64,000 nt of DNA from the NCBI GenBank assembly GCA_951406725.2, contig OX597825.1:51522001-51586000 (forward strand). The letters are read 5' to 3'. Under the pieces are notes generated by a model, which saw only the letters and a program-made list of their open reading frames with translations, was not told the DNA's origin and searched no databases. Made by a program: the position numbers and the translations under genes. This document shows positions 38,081 to 52,267 of the stretch, piece after piece; positions within the stretch are counted from its first letter, which is position 1, and each line of letters opens with the position of its first letter. The stretch comes from Octopus vulgaris (taxonomy: Eukaryota).

Positions 38081-38957
38081 TACAAAGGAGTACCCAAAAG
38101 TAACCGGAAATGTTCTCTGTGGGACAAGCCTGTTGTAGTTCAAACTTCTGCCGCTAGCAGCCACTTGTTGTAACCCTCAGGCATCAGTCTCCCAACCGAC
38201 GTCGTACTTCCATATGGTGCGTCTTTGCCCACCCCCTGTTCGTTGATTTTTGCGTTGTCTGAAAGCACAGTGTGCTTTTGTGAAATTATGTTTTTGCCGG
38301 GGAAAATATCAGCCGAAATAGCTATCATGCAGCTTACAAGGACGCTGACATGAGAAAAACACAAGCTTATGAGTGGTTTCTACTCTTTAGAAATGGTCAA
38401 TTGTCGCTTGAAGACCAACTTCGTTCAGGATTACCTTCGAACACCCGAACGAATGAAAGCCTCATGAAAATTCATGAATCCATCTTAGAGGACCGTCAGC
38501 GAACAATTGACGAACTTATTGATATAACTGGTTTGTACTGGAGCTCCTGCCAATGAATTTGAGCGAGGGATTGCGAATGAAAAAAGTTGCAGCACAATTT
38601 GTTTTTCACTTGCTCACGGAAGTCAAAAGCAGTCACGACTGAATGCGTCTCATGAAATGAAAGAACAGTTGGAAGTTGATCCGGACCTATTTAGGTAGAC
38701 CATCACTGGAGACGAAAGCTGGTGCTATGGAATATGTAGATGTGGAAGAGGTGAAGAAAAAAACGACGGATCCGTTAAAGGGCACCACTTCGCAAGAGTT
38801 CCAGCACTTCTTCGAATAGTAGAAAAAGCGTCTGTACCGATGTGTTCCTTGAAATGCACAATACTTAGAAGGCGATACAAGTGTAAACATGTAAAACTAA
38901 ATGAATAAAATAACATTGCAAAATTCTGTTTTTTTGTTTTTCTGATTACCTTTCGTA
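38081..38957 (+). mobile_element. Mariner element, internally deleted
   Basis: Starts tacaaaggagtacccaaaagtaaccggaa and ends ...gattacctttcgta. ORF MRKTQAYEWFLLFRNGQLSLEDQLRSGLPS..EDRQRTIDEL, then ITGDESWCYG. The rest of the catalytic domain is missing. Confidence 0.85.
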
Positions 38958-39907
38958 TATATAATTCTCACCCACTCGACCAAATAAATACGGTACTAAA
39001 CTTATAGGTCTCGTCCCACATTACGTCACTCACGCTGGAGTGTATCTTTGCAGAAAGTACACTTAGATTCCAGAAATAGATATCTAAACTAAAGTGTTAG
39101 TATATTTATTGCCCTACTTTTTGCATGTCCGCTTCCAAGGCGTAATGGCAAAGAAATACATTTGGTGATAAATCATTTCCAAATATCTTTCATGGAAATT
39201 GTCTATTTCCTTTTATAGAAAACAGTATTTGTGGAGTATGGGAGTATGTATAATAGAGTATGGCCTGGCTGCTTTTAGTAGTGCTGCACTGATACAAACA
39301 TTGAGGCTAGATCCCTGGATAATCAGAGATGGTTATATCTTGTTTCGATATAAAATGTTTCAATCTCGTTGATATATAGTCTACAATGATCATAGACACT
39401 TCCTCTTACTAATATATATCTGTGCAATTGATTTCCGTTATTTAGGCAATTATTATATCACTCTATTTGTTCCCTCACTAGTTTGAAATAACATAACCAG
39501 TGACATGTAATGCCAGAAAAAACTTTGGTGGAAGCCTTTGCAACGCCGAGACTCGCTGTGTTTGATTAGTCGAACAATTTCTTTAGCACCCAATCGAAAT
39601 ATTGCAGTAGCTGTGTGAGCTTGTACCTAAGAGCTACCATCTTTCATTATCTTTCAGTCACATATCTAGAGCAGAAGTGTGAGGCAGCTTCTGCTCGGAG
39701 GAAATCATCTCTGGTATGGTTTAAAACTCGTCTACCCGCTTCTCGAAATTTTTTTTTCGTTCTTTTGTTTTTTGTTACATTATCACTTTCAAGGAAATTA
39801 TGAAAATGTATATGAATAAATTTAACACACATAGTTTTTTAATGTTTCCCTACAAGATGCATAAGTCGACAGTTATCTTTGTCTAATGATTACTATAAGT
39901 AATTATT

Positions 39908-40039
39908 GATTTGAAATTTTGGCAGAAGCCAAGCAATTTTGGGGGAGGGTGTAAGTCGATTACATCGACCCAAATACTCAACGGGCACTTATTTAATCGA
40001 CCCCGAAGGATAAAAGTTAAAATCGAACTTCGTGAAATC
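39908..40039 (-). mobile_element. 5'-truncated Meta-like SINE with 16-bp target-site duplication
   Basis: gtcgattacatcgacc..cttatttaatcgaccccgaagga, flanked by actataagtaattatt at 39892-39907 and 40040-40055. Confidence 0.8.
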
Positions 40040-40085
40040 ACTATAAGTAATTATTTACATGATAGCGTACTATAAGTAATTATTG

Positions 40086-40206
40086 CATGATGGCTGTTTC
40101 AGTTGATATTTTCCCTGGCAAAAAACATAATTTCACAGAAGCACACTATGCTTTCAGCTATCGCAAAAATGGACGAACAGTGGAGAGAAAGACGCACCAC
40201 ATGGAA
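40086..40206 (-). mobile_element. Mariner fragment related to 38210-38330, inverted
   Basis: Reverse complement aligns to ggtgcgtcttt..gaaagcacagtgtgcttttgtgaaattatgtttttgcc.gggaaaatatca..atcatgc. Confidence 0.75.
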
Positions 40207-40588
40207 AAGCTGGTCTGAAAATTTTGAAAAGCTTGTCTGACTCAACAGTCATTTACATGTATGCATGTATAATAATATAAACAATTCTCACCTTGCTATT
40301 CAATGTCCCATATATTTTGCGACTGTCTACAGTAAATAATGAGTTTCATTTTATGAGCAAGACATTGTTTCAGTGTACTATCACAGGGCCATCATTTCAA
40401 AGAAAGAACCTTATTTTACTCTCGATCTCTTATAAGTGCCGTGTATTCATTTTCTGTATGTCAACTTAAATAACATGAAATGTTTGGCCTTGTTTTTTTC
40501 GATTAGGGAACACATTCCCTTCAATTGCAGTGTTTTCAAAAGTTTGTAAGCTTTAGCTTGCCTTCTTGTTCCATATGTAATGCATATA

Positions 40589-41842
40589 TTGGGGCATCCC
40601 ATAGATAATGCGGTTTTTCAATTGTATGAACTAAAAGTCGTGGGGGGGAGGTAAACTGCCTGCATCAAAGTGCTATAAAAGCAGGTAGTAATTTTACCCT
40701 GTCCTTTTTCTTAGTGCAAGTCTTGAAGAGTGCAGTTCAATTTTGATAGTTAGTTTTTCAAAGCTATAATGGAAGTGACAAAGGAGCATATTCTGCATAT
40801 TTTGCTCTATGAATTCAATAAAGGCAACAACGCAACTGAAAGTAAACACGAGGAATGTTAATACAGTATATGGGAATCGAACAATAATCATAAGCTAGTG
40901 TTAACTGTAGTTCTCGAAATTCCGAGCTTGAAACTACAGCCTCGTCCTGGAAGATGTGTAGAGCTCGACAAGGACATCCTGCAAATGCTGGTGGAACAAA
41001 ATTCCATCGTAACTGTTGAGGAAGTAGCAAAGAAACTTGGATTTGGTTATTCAACCTTTCATCAGCACTTGCGTGCAATTGAAGATGTCAGCTAATTGGG
41101 TCAAAGGGTTCCTCACAAAGTTTCCGAGACTAATCGCGTACAGAGAGTGAATGTGTGCTCTTCTTTGCTGTCTTGTCTCATGAATGAACCTTTTTCGGAT
41201 TGAATAGTGACTGGTAACGGGAAATGGGTCCTCTATAAAAAAAGCGCCGAAGATAATGGGTATGGAAAGAAGAAACACCACCATGCCATGCTGAAGAAGG
41301 TTTTCACCCACGTAAGGTGTTGTTATTTGTTTGGTGGAATATGGCAGGTTTAGTCCGCTTAGAACCTTTAAACCAAACGATAACAGAGGAGATCTACTGC
41401 GAGCAGCTAGAGCGGTTTAAGTCAGAACTAGAAGTAAAATTACCCTCTTTGGTTTCAAGACAAAGGTGTTTTTTCATCAGGATAATGCTCATCCACATAC
41501 AGCGAGGATGGTATTCCAAAGGCTGGAGTAGTTTGAATGGGAAACCATGCTTCACCAACCGAACATTGCCCCATCTGATTATCATTTATTCTGCAATCTT
41601 CAAAATCATTTGGACGGGAAAAATACGAATTCTGTAGACGAGGTCAGAACTGTATTTGAGGAGTATCTTTCATCACGGACAAGTGAATTTTGGAAGAGGA
41701 GCCTTGCAAGTCTACTAGATAGAGGGAAAAGCATTGTAGAAAATGAAAGAGTGTATATTTCAGATTAAAAATTAACTTTGTTTATCTTAATTTTGAAAAT
41801 TGAAAGAAGTATAAAAAACGCATTATTTATGGAATTACCCTA
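40589..41842 (+). mobile_element. Full-length (~1.25 kb) decayed mariner transposon
   Basis: TA-flanked TIRs ttggggcatcccatagataatgcggttttt / aaaaaacgcattatttatggaattacccta. The transposase at 40769-41768 has stops and frameshifts: HILLYEFNKGNNATE..PRPGR..RVPHKVS..IVTGNGKWVLY..LLFVWWN..HQDNAHPH..NIAPSDYHLF. Confidence 0.93.
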
Positions 41843-42394
41843 TATTTAGAATTGTTGATAAGAATTATTTAATGGTATGTTGAAGTGTTACAAAGAAAGG
41901 AATAAGGGGTAATTTCCTCTTATTGAGTTTGGTAATTCTTAGAGAAATTTGGAAGTTGGAATTTTACGACAAACTGTTGCATTCTAAGTTTGACAGTTAA
42001 TTCTACAACGTTACAACTGCTGGAAAGTGTTAAATTTATGTTGTGGAGGACTATGTGTTGCTGTTGAAATGGAGTGTCTGTAACATTCATAAGTGTCGTG
42101 TACGCCAAAATTAAACCCTACTTGCTTACATGGTGATATTTATGAAATAGCTTTACACTCCTGCTATTTGACAATGTAGGTACCGGAGTTACCGAAAAAC
42201 CTAACATGGAAATGCTACTTTAATTTGGTTAATACTCTATTATTCTAAATTTATTCCTCAACATGTTTTTGCTACATGTGTGGCAGACTGCGAGCATATA
42301 TACATACATACATGCATACAATACATAATGGCGTATGCATCTCCATTTATGTAAGAACAAAACGAAAATGTTAAGTATAATATTTTCCCTTAAA

Positions 42395-42535
42395 GTAAGC
42401 ACAAGGTCCGAGCTTTGTTCAAGGGAGACAAGCGATGAAATCAGCCAGAGAATATGATGGGTACTTTATTTTATCGACCAGGTAAACAGATCTGGATTTG
42501 AACTGAATATGTAAAGAGCCAGAATAAATATTGCA
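42395..42535 (-). mobile_element. Meta-like SINE remnant
   Basis: gcacaagg...ggtactttattttatcgacc...ggatttgaact matches the reverse complement of the family. Confidence 0.55.
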
Positions 42536-43064
42536 AATTAACGTTAGAGAGATGCTTCACTTACATAAATTGGTTTCCTGATGATATATGAATATTTAAT
42601 ATAACCGAGTCACATGACAATATCAGCAACGGACTTACATATAAATGATGACTTGTTTTTATCTTAGAACCTTGAAGATCGTCTCAATATGACTTTATAA
42701 CCTCATTTATTTTAATGGCAAATAATATTTACTGCCAACACTTAGCGAATGCTAAAGACGATAATTATGTGAAAAATTAATATAACTTTTCATTACACAA
42801 CGCACTAATTAAGATTAATGAACTGCTTGAGGAAATATTACGGAACAATGTTAGTACACGAGAAACTGCAGAAGATGCTTAAAAGGTTACAACTCTGTAT
42901 CTGATAACGAGTAAAAGAGAGATATTGTCACTGATACATATGTATACACATTCACATATACTTCTGAGAGTACGATACCTAATGAATGGGAGTGTATATG
43001 TGAATGTGTAGGTGAATATGTTTCTGCGCAGCTGCTTAGATTAATCATACATCTCCATATCATT

Positions 43065-43255
43065 TATTCTTCACTTATTCAGTTATTGGACTACCGACAT
43101 GCTGGAGCAATGCCTTGAAGTGTTGAGTGGAAGAAATTAAACACTACATTGTTTAAAGACTATTACATATTCTGTTGTTCTCTTGCCGAACCGCCAATAT
43201 AACGGGGACGTAAACAAGCCAACATCGTTTGTCAAGTAGTGGTGCTGGACAAACA
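43065..43255. mobile_element. Second SINE-like interspersed repeat ending in (CA)n
   Basis: catgctggagcaatgccttgaag...tcttgccgaaccgccaatataacggggacgtaaacaagccaacatcgtttgtcaag. Recognised from memory as a common cephalopod repeat, not verified. Confidence 0.5.
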
Positions 43256-43499
43256 CACACGCGCACACGCGTGCATGAACACACACACACGCACACAAAC
43301 ACACACAATTCACACACACATTCGAGTGGACAAACGAAAGAAGGACACTCAACATATTTATTGGGATTTACATATATAGATCAAAACAGTTTGATTCAAG
43401 TTCCGTGTTGATAAAAGATTCAAAGAGTGATGCATATCTTCAGCCATTAGAAATTTGAATAATGTAGTTCTTTATTCAAATTTCTTATTCATATTTCCA

Positions 43500-44700
43500 G
43501 TGGCCGACGACAAGCATCACGCTTTGAAACCTTAAGTACGGCAGGAGGATAGTAGTGGGAATTACAGCAAAGAGTCTTCGTGCTGTCATAGTTTTCATTG
43601 ACTTTAGGAAGGCCTTCTATTCTGTGGACAGTCACTGCCTGATTACGATCTTACAGGATTATGGAATCCCCAAGAAGATAGTGGACCTGTTACCACTGCT
43701 CTAAACCAGCATCAGTGCCCAAGTCGTTACACCTAACAGGATGACAGAGTTCTTTGAGATACTGACTGGAGTGCGTCAAGGAGATATATTGGCTCTCTTA
43801 TAAATTTTTATCATAGTAGTTGACTATTGTATGCGTGTTGCGTTAGAGAAATACCAAGGACAGCTCAGAGCAGGGTCAAGGCTAAACAAATATCAGATGT
43901 TGAATTTGCTGACGACATAGTTGTTCTGGTGACAAACACAGTGAGGGAGGCGGAGAAGTTGATGCAGAAAGTGGAGACTGTCAATGAGTGTGAGGCTGAA
44001 ATTGAATGAAAGTATAGCGAATTATCTGGTAGAGAAAATAAAGAAACCTGAGAAAATGATGAATGTAGGCAGGAAGCCACTAGGGTTGGTTAAGCACTTC
44101 CTGTATCTGGGAGCAAAGACTGGGAACACAGAGGGTGATATAGTTGAGAGGAAAAGCAAAGCCTGGGTAGCATGCCACAGTTTGAGACAACTCCTTTCTA
44201 TTAGTCCGCCTTCCATATACACCTATCGTATAGACCTGAAAATCCGTCTCTTCGTTGCTGCTGTGGAGTCTGTACTATTTTACGGGTCTGAGACTTCGAC
44301 ACTGACCAAGAATCTCATTCAGATGTTGGATGGGTGCTACACGAAAATGCTGAGGATGGCTCTGAATATTAATCAGTATACACTGAGGATGAAGAACTCA
44401 CAGCTGTACGAGAGCCTCCCAATAGTTAGCTCCAAAATAACACAGAGGAGACTAAGATTAGCTGGACATGTCCACCGTAAACCAGAGTTGAAACTGCATT
44501 CAGTACTTCTGTAGGAGCCCCTATACGGACACACTAGAAGAGGGAGACCGCAGATGACATATGTTGATGCCCTAAGGACAGATACTGGTCTCTGTGAGAC
44601 ACAGGATATAGCAGTGATGATGAAGGACAAAAACCGTTGGAGTGAACTCATCCATGGATCTCGGGGATTTTACCCGCCTTAGATAGATAGATAGATGGAT
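43500..44700 (+). mobile_element. RTE-clade LINE, 5'-truncated (RT and C-terminus) with (TAGA)n tail
   Basis: VFIDFRKAFYSVD..GVRQGDIL..EFADDIVVL..FLYLGA..LKIRLFVAAVESVLFYGSET..LDGCYTKMLRMALN..RRLRLAGHVHR..RRGRPQMTYVD, followed by a tandem-repeat tail. Confidence 0.92.
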
Positions 44701-46489
44701 GGGCACAGGCTTTGTCTGGTGTAATAGTTTGCTCCTAGTAATGAGGACAGAATAGTTTCCATTTACCGTCTCACGAGTTGGCACCTCAGAAACAACACCC
44801 TCCATGATTTCTTATTTTTTCTCTCGTTCATTTAACGTTTCAGTGCATAAAGCCCTTAAATGTATTTTGATCCCACGTGTACATCGTCTTGATCATCTTC
44901 GGCATCAGAGTTTTAAGTTTTCCTCTTAGTATATATTCTACAACCCCAAGTTCTGTACTGTTCTGCCATCTTGTGAATTTATAAGGATTTATATGTTCCT
45001 TATGACCCCCACCAGAATCTGCACTGACCACTTGCCAACATTATGTCACAAATATGGCTACTACCAAGCAGTCGACACTGTCACCAATTATCCGCACGGC
45101 ATCCGTTGCAGCCGGCCTTCTAAAAGACCGGCACTAGCTAATAGGTAGATATGTCAATCGGGTGTGTGATTTGTCCCCGCCCTCTGTCTTAAAACTTTTA
45201 GTTATTTTTGTATTTGCTCCCGCTTCTAAAAAAGAAAATTTCTCTTAAAATATTCGCCAGTATTATCTCTAGCACTTGACTGAAGGGAAAGAAATTGAGA
45301 TGTGACTAACTCATCTTTTATCGAGCATTGATAAATAAAATGATTTACTACCGGCAGGATTTGAACTTCTTATATTAACAGATTAACATGGCTTAACGCC
45401 ACACAAATCAGTTCCTTTGCCTCTTCGTCAATTCTAACTATTCATATATCCTCTATAAATTCTAACAGGATCATACTCCCTATGAATAATATCCAACCAC
45501 ATATTCTTCTAATTCCTCGGAGCTACCCCACTTCTGCTTTCTGTACCGACACACCGTCTCCCTACTAATTCTACCCAACTACCAAAGCTTCCTCAAACCA
45601 TTGTTTTTCTACTGCTCTCTGTGTGCTTACTTTGACAATCACCCCATCCTCCATCACCACCGCTAATAGAAACTAAAATGTAATCATAATTTCCTTGTTG
45701 TTACCCAAAGAAATTTGAAATTAAATATCTGCAACGTTGATGAAAAACAACTTGCTACCACTTCACTCACCAGGATTTTAGACACTCACTTATTTCTTTT
45801 CTTAAGAAATTATTAATGTAAAGTTATCCTGTTTTCAAAACAAAGAGTTCTATGAACCGTTTCCACTATAAATTATTTTAGATTGAATACAGTATCCTCT
45901 TTTAGCCAATTGCCATAGCAATAATGGTAATTCAGTGCATTTTCGAAAATCACTTTGAAACTTCAAATGATGGATGTTTATTTTCGCTTTGAAAATCTTT
46001 TGTAGTATATATTTATATTGTTCATTTAGGAATTCAAATATTTCCAACTTAATTGCCACTGTCTCTTGTGATCTTTCATTGTAAATCATTGTTTCCACTA
46101 TACAATGCAGTTGCTTGCACCACAACTACCCTGAAGTACTGCCACCAACACAAACTGCACTAATATTGCCACTAAAATCGGTCATTAAGTCCAGAACTAC
46201 TACTACTAATATTACTACAACTACAACTATATGTGATGTTGTTCTGGTGTCTAGATTGGATGAAGCTGCAAGCATGTAAAAACGTGTTATAGTTTATTAG
46301 AAATAAAAAGAAGCAATTGTATATACCAGGTAGTATATGCACACTTAACAAAGGAGAATCATAATATTGTTGAAAGTCAATAAAATCAATGGAAATTGAA
46401 TTGAGAAAAGTAAATATTGTTAGACGTGTGATCTAATTGTGCAGAAATACGCTCCTTCGACAAACTTGACAACACCATTTATGGGTTCT

Positions 46490-46690
46490 CATTTAGGCAC
46501 AGAACCAGCAATTTTCAAGAGAAAGAGTTTACCGATATCATAAACTACCATATCTTACTGGTACTCTATTCTATCGACACTGAAAGGTTGAGAGGCGAAT
46601 TTGATCTCGATTGGAATTGAACTCGGAGAGAAATACCGTCAAATAATTTGTCCGATGCTCTGGTGATTCTGCTACCTTGCAGCCAACTGA
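46490..46690 (-). mobile_element. Meta-like SINE, degenerate
   Basis: ggcacagaaccagcaatttt..ctggtactctattctatcgacactgaaagg..ggaattgaactc..gattctgctaccttgc. Confidence 0.65.
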
Positions 46691-47199
46691 AACCACCATT
46701 AATAATTCTGACATTAGCACGTGACCACGTATTTTCGTACATAACAATTAAATCAAGCTTTGTATGTGAAATATATGCACATTTAATAAACATCTGAATA
46801 AATGAAATGTTTAATCGAGATCGGTGGGGTTTGAACTCTGAAAGCAAGGAGTCCTTGGTCAATTCTGCAAGATAGTAATTCCTAAGTTGTACCGACACAG
46901 CAATACATCCTACGTGATGATACCAATAATAAGAAATTTTGGGTGATACTATGTACATGCTTCAATAATGGCCGGTTTCTATTTACTGGGGATTTCGACA
47001 GTTCATTTTCTAAGATCGGATGACATAGCGCAACGCAACTGGATAGATACTAAGACGGACAGGAGTTTGGCAGGCAGGAATAGGCATATGGGGAAAAGAG
47101 ACCGAGGTGCGCGTATACATACATACACACGCACGTACACACTTCAATTCTTAAGTTCATATCTGAATAAACAAAATCTTGTCTTGTAGTCATTAACAA

Positions 47200-47780
47200 G
47201 AGACCGGTACAAGTTTGCTCCATCTTTGTCCAATCATTACAGATTTTAAGCTACCACAGAGAAGTGGAACACTTAGTTTAGAAACCAGTGCAGCTTATAG
47301 ACTAACTTGCTAATGTGGCGACACCTAAGTAGGAATTACCAAATAGCATCTTCGAGTTAGAATTAGTGAATTCCATTAAAAATACACACGATCCACACGA
47401 CATTCCAGGGTAAATATACATGCGAAAGAAATATTTTAAAAATCGGCTTTTTCGAGACACCAAAGACAGTGGTTGCTCAAAATAACAAAGATCTTTTTAT
47501 TAGGAAGTAAAAGTCAGCTTCAAATGATAGTTGACTGAGTGATACGTAGAGATACGTGTTCAAACTACATGTGCAACAAATATGTGTATGAACATCACAT
47601 TACGGAATACCATTCTATTCATAACAACACAGAAGAATCCTCTGAAGATGGATTATAACTCGAAATCGCTTATGGATTAGACAATAAAATTGATCCCATT
47701 AACAAGGTAGTTCACATTACCAATTATTTTATCGTTTACGAGATTCCTTTGCAAGTTTATCGTCGTATTCTTAAGTTCTA
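47200..47780 (+). mobile_element. Old Penelope-like element 3' end (GIY-YIG fossil plus hammerhead)
   Basis: From 47290: AAYRLTC*CGDT*VGITK*HLRVRISE, matching the VY...C.CG..YIG.T.R.L..RI.EH pattern. A hammerhead-like motif lies ~270 bp downstream. Confidence 0.7.
47636..47678 (+). ncRNA. Degenerate minimal hammerhead
   Basis: aatcct-CTGAAGA-tggattataactc-GAAA-tcgct-TA-tggatt. Stem I is aatcc/ggatt and stems II and III are damaged. Confidence 0.55.
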
Positions 47781-48173
47781 ATGCTATTAGGTTATTAGTG
47801 TATCCGTGTATCCGTTTATTCGCTGCATGTATCCCCCAAAACCGCTCCAACTTGCACTGACCTTACATGTTATACGTGCGCGCGAGCCCACACATTCACA
47901 CACATACACACAAATATACACAAACTGATACGCACACATTGGCACACACATAAACATAAAAGCAAACACAAAAGTATACATCTAGCATTAATGTATATTT
48001 AGCATTTATCTCACAATATATCAATGAGTATATTCATTTTAACATTAGCATAATTGCTTTTATTCTGTTTATAATCCTGATGATGAACAGACATCAGAAA
48101 ACACGTGTTGTATTGTATACTCACAGGTCCAAAACATATACATAGTTGCCCCTCCATAAATAACAGCGAATGT

Positions 48174-49495
<1,322 letters not shown>

Positions 49496-51221
49496 TATTT
49501 GTTTTACTTACTTTTTATCGAAAGCAACACAATCTAGTTAATCGAATAACAAATGCATTGAGAAAGCAGTTTTTCTCTTGACTTTAGAAAGGGTAGATCC
49601 ATGAAAGAGGTGTGAGTGTATAGCACACACACAGACCCTCACAGACACAAGCACACATACACACACGTAGAAACACGAGCGCGCACTCTCATACGAAATC
49701 ACACACAAGACGGGAGACAGAGTAATCAACTGAACACTTTTACTCTCACAAGTGTGTATATCTAATTCTTGTGTCTATACATGTATGTAGATGAATGTAT
49801 AAATGTGACTAAAAAAAAGAATTTCCTGCAATGCTTTTCTACTGAGAACAGTGGTAATTGTCTGAAGAAGTGTGTTGTTTGAGAGTGCGAGATATCAGAC
49901 ACAAAAATAAAGTGATGTATTTAGATGTAAGTTAAATAATACATCCATGTAGTCTTACAGACATAGATACAGACAGAAAAACAGGCAACCTGACGTAGAG
50001 TTAGACAGACAGGCAGCCAGGCAGCGTGTGATAGCAGACAGAACTAAGTGATGTACTTATTTGTGAAAATACATCACGTTGTTATGTGTACGTAAAGAGA
50101 TGCGTGACTATGGGCATTTAGACAAATGTATACACAAGCAGACATACATACAGCCGTACATACTTACATCATACTCAAGGATAGACGCTTGCTCGATATG
50201 GGTGAATATAGCTTAACTAAACTGTTATTTCTCCGATCACACCCACTGACTAGGAATATTTGTTCATATAATAAACTCACCACCATACCGACGATAGCAA
50301 AAATATTGCATTGGGATTCGAAACTATAAAATATATTTTTGTTATAGTTACAAAACACAGCTGAAACCACTACAATGGCCAGAAGTCTACAATGCAAATG
50401 CACACGAACGACCCTTCTAAACTGTTATTCAGTTTTATATCTAAAGCTAAATAACAAACTAAATAGGGGCAATAACTATAAGTTGGGCTTATTTAAATAC
50501 CAGTGATAAGAAACTCACAGAGCTGTAGTTTAGGAGGATAAACTAGATAAGCAAATCACTTTGAATAAAAAGCCTTTCCGTATTCCTTTTTCCATATCAG
50601 TAAAGTGATATCTTCAAAACATCGAAGATATTGATATAGGCAAGCTAAATTTACAAAAAACAAAATTCCACACACTATGTGTGTGTGTGTGAAGCAAAAA
50701 TATCATCTTAGTACGGAAGTCCATCAGTTATCTTGCGATATTTATTCAGAGAGAATACATAACTTTTTCCTCAATAAGATTAAAATATATTTAGAAACAG
50801 TAAAAAGAAAGGCAATGAATATACATTAATCGCCGTTAAACAGGGGTTAAATGTCAACCAGAAATTCTGTCATCCGTAACGTTGTAAAGTTGGCAAAGGT
50901 AAAAGTAATAAAGAAGTAATTCGATGGGCATCAATTAATAGTCTACAGAAGGTTGAGGAGACAGTCAATAAAAAATCACAGAACCTCATTTCCGAGATGA
51001 CGGCGTAAATTTTGAGATAAGTGCCGAGTGAAGAAAATGTTTAAACAAGAAGTAGTATGGCTAGAATATATCAAGGGAATATTGCCTTGTCATTACAGCT
51101 GAACAAAGGGGTAGTAGACTTCAGACAGAATTATAAAAATTCTATGATAAGAAAGTATTCGGACGATTTATTAGGCAGTGATAGATGCACTTGTCATTTT
51201 ATTGTCACTATCTAACAAACA

Positions 51222-51368
51222 GTGGCAAGGTGGCAGGAAGATTAGCATACTGGGGAAAATGCCTAGCGGCATGTCGTCCGCTTTTGCGTCTCGTGCTCAA
51301 ATTTCGATGACGCCGACTTTACCTTTCATCCTTTTGGGGTCGATAAAATAAGTACCAGTTGAAGACGG
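51222..51368 (+). mobile_element. Meta-like SINE, 5' part (3' part resumes at 52268-52340)
   Basis: ggcaaggtggcaggaagattagcatac..gactttacctttcatccttttggggtcgataaaataagtaccagttgaagacgg, continuing after the insert as gtcgatgtaatcgac..tgccaaaatttgaaacc. Confidence 0.85.
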
Positions 51369-52267
51369 GAATCTATTCCATCTCGATCACAGATTTTTTT
51401 TTAAATGATTGTTTTTAAACTAAACAGTTTGAAACTTCGAATACTGGTAGCATTTCTTACGTAGAACACGGTTTACTCAGAATGATTTTGACAAAATTTT
51501 GTATTCTAGAAGTTATTTCGTGTTAAAGTTGTCGTATATGGGTAATGTCAACCAATCAGCGACGTGTATTCGGTTGAAGAGGAACAACTTCCGGGTCATC
51601 TCTACTAAATTTCACCGCGACTCCGCAGCTAGCTTTTTTGTTGTTGACGGATATGTAGTTTGAAAATGCCTTATTTTACAGATATAAGATGTACTGTTAT
51701 TGCCATGATTTTATCTTACTATAATCAACAACAAGCACATTTCGTCAATATAAAAGTCTTTATTAGATTAAAAATAACATTATCAAAAACATGAAGGTAA
51801 AACAAAACAAATAGCGACTTATACACCAGAAAATACGGTAATTGTAGTGGCAGTGATAAGTTCACTCGCTGGTTGATAGTTGATAAGGTAGAAGGGAGGA
51901 AGGGATTAAGGAATGCACGGTGATGACTAGAGAGGAAGAAAGGATAATGGTAGCATCGACTTCGCTCGCCATACGAATAGAACAGAGGGGTGACATTTGG
52001 TACAGATGACCCAGAATTTGTTCCTCTTCGATTACTATTGCAAACAGCAGTAGCTTTCTTCATCCGAATACACGTCGTTGATTAGTTGAAATTACACAAA
52101 TACGACAAGTTTAACACGAAATAACTTCTAAAATGCGAAATTTTGTCAAAAGACGTTCAGAGTAAACAGTGTTCTACGTGAGATATTCTACCAGTATTCG
52201 AATTTTCAAACTATTTAGTTGAAATAAAAAATAATTTTAAAATCTGTTATTGAGATGGAATAGATCC
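51369..52267. mobile_element. Non-autonomous DNA transposon (899 bp) with ~215-bp TIRs and an 8(-9)-bp TSD; Merlin- or Mutator-like
   Basis: gaatctattccatctc...gtattcggttgaaga mirrors tcttcatccgaatac...gagatggaatagatcc. gaagacgg is duplicated at 51361-51368 and 52268-52275. Confidence 0.92.
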
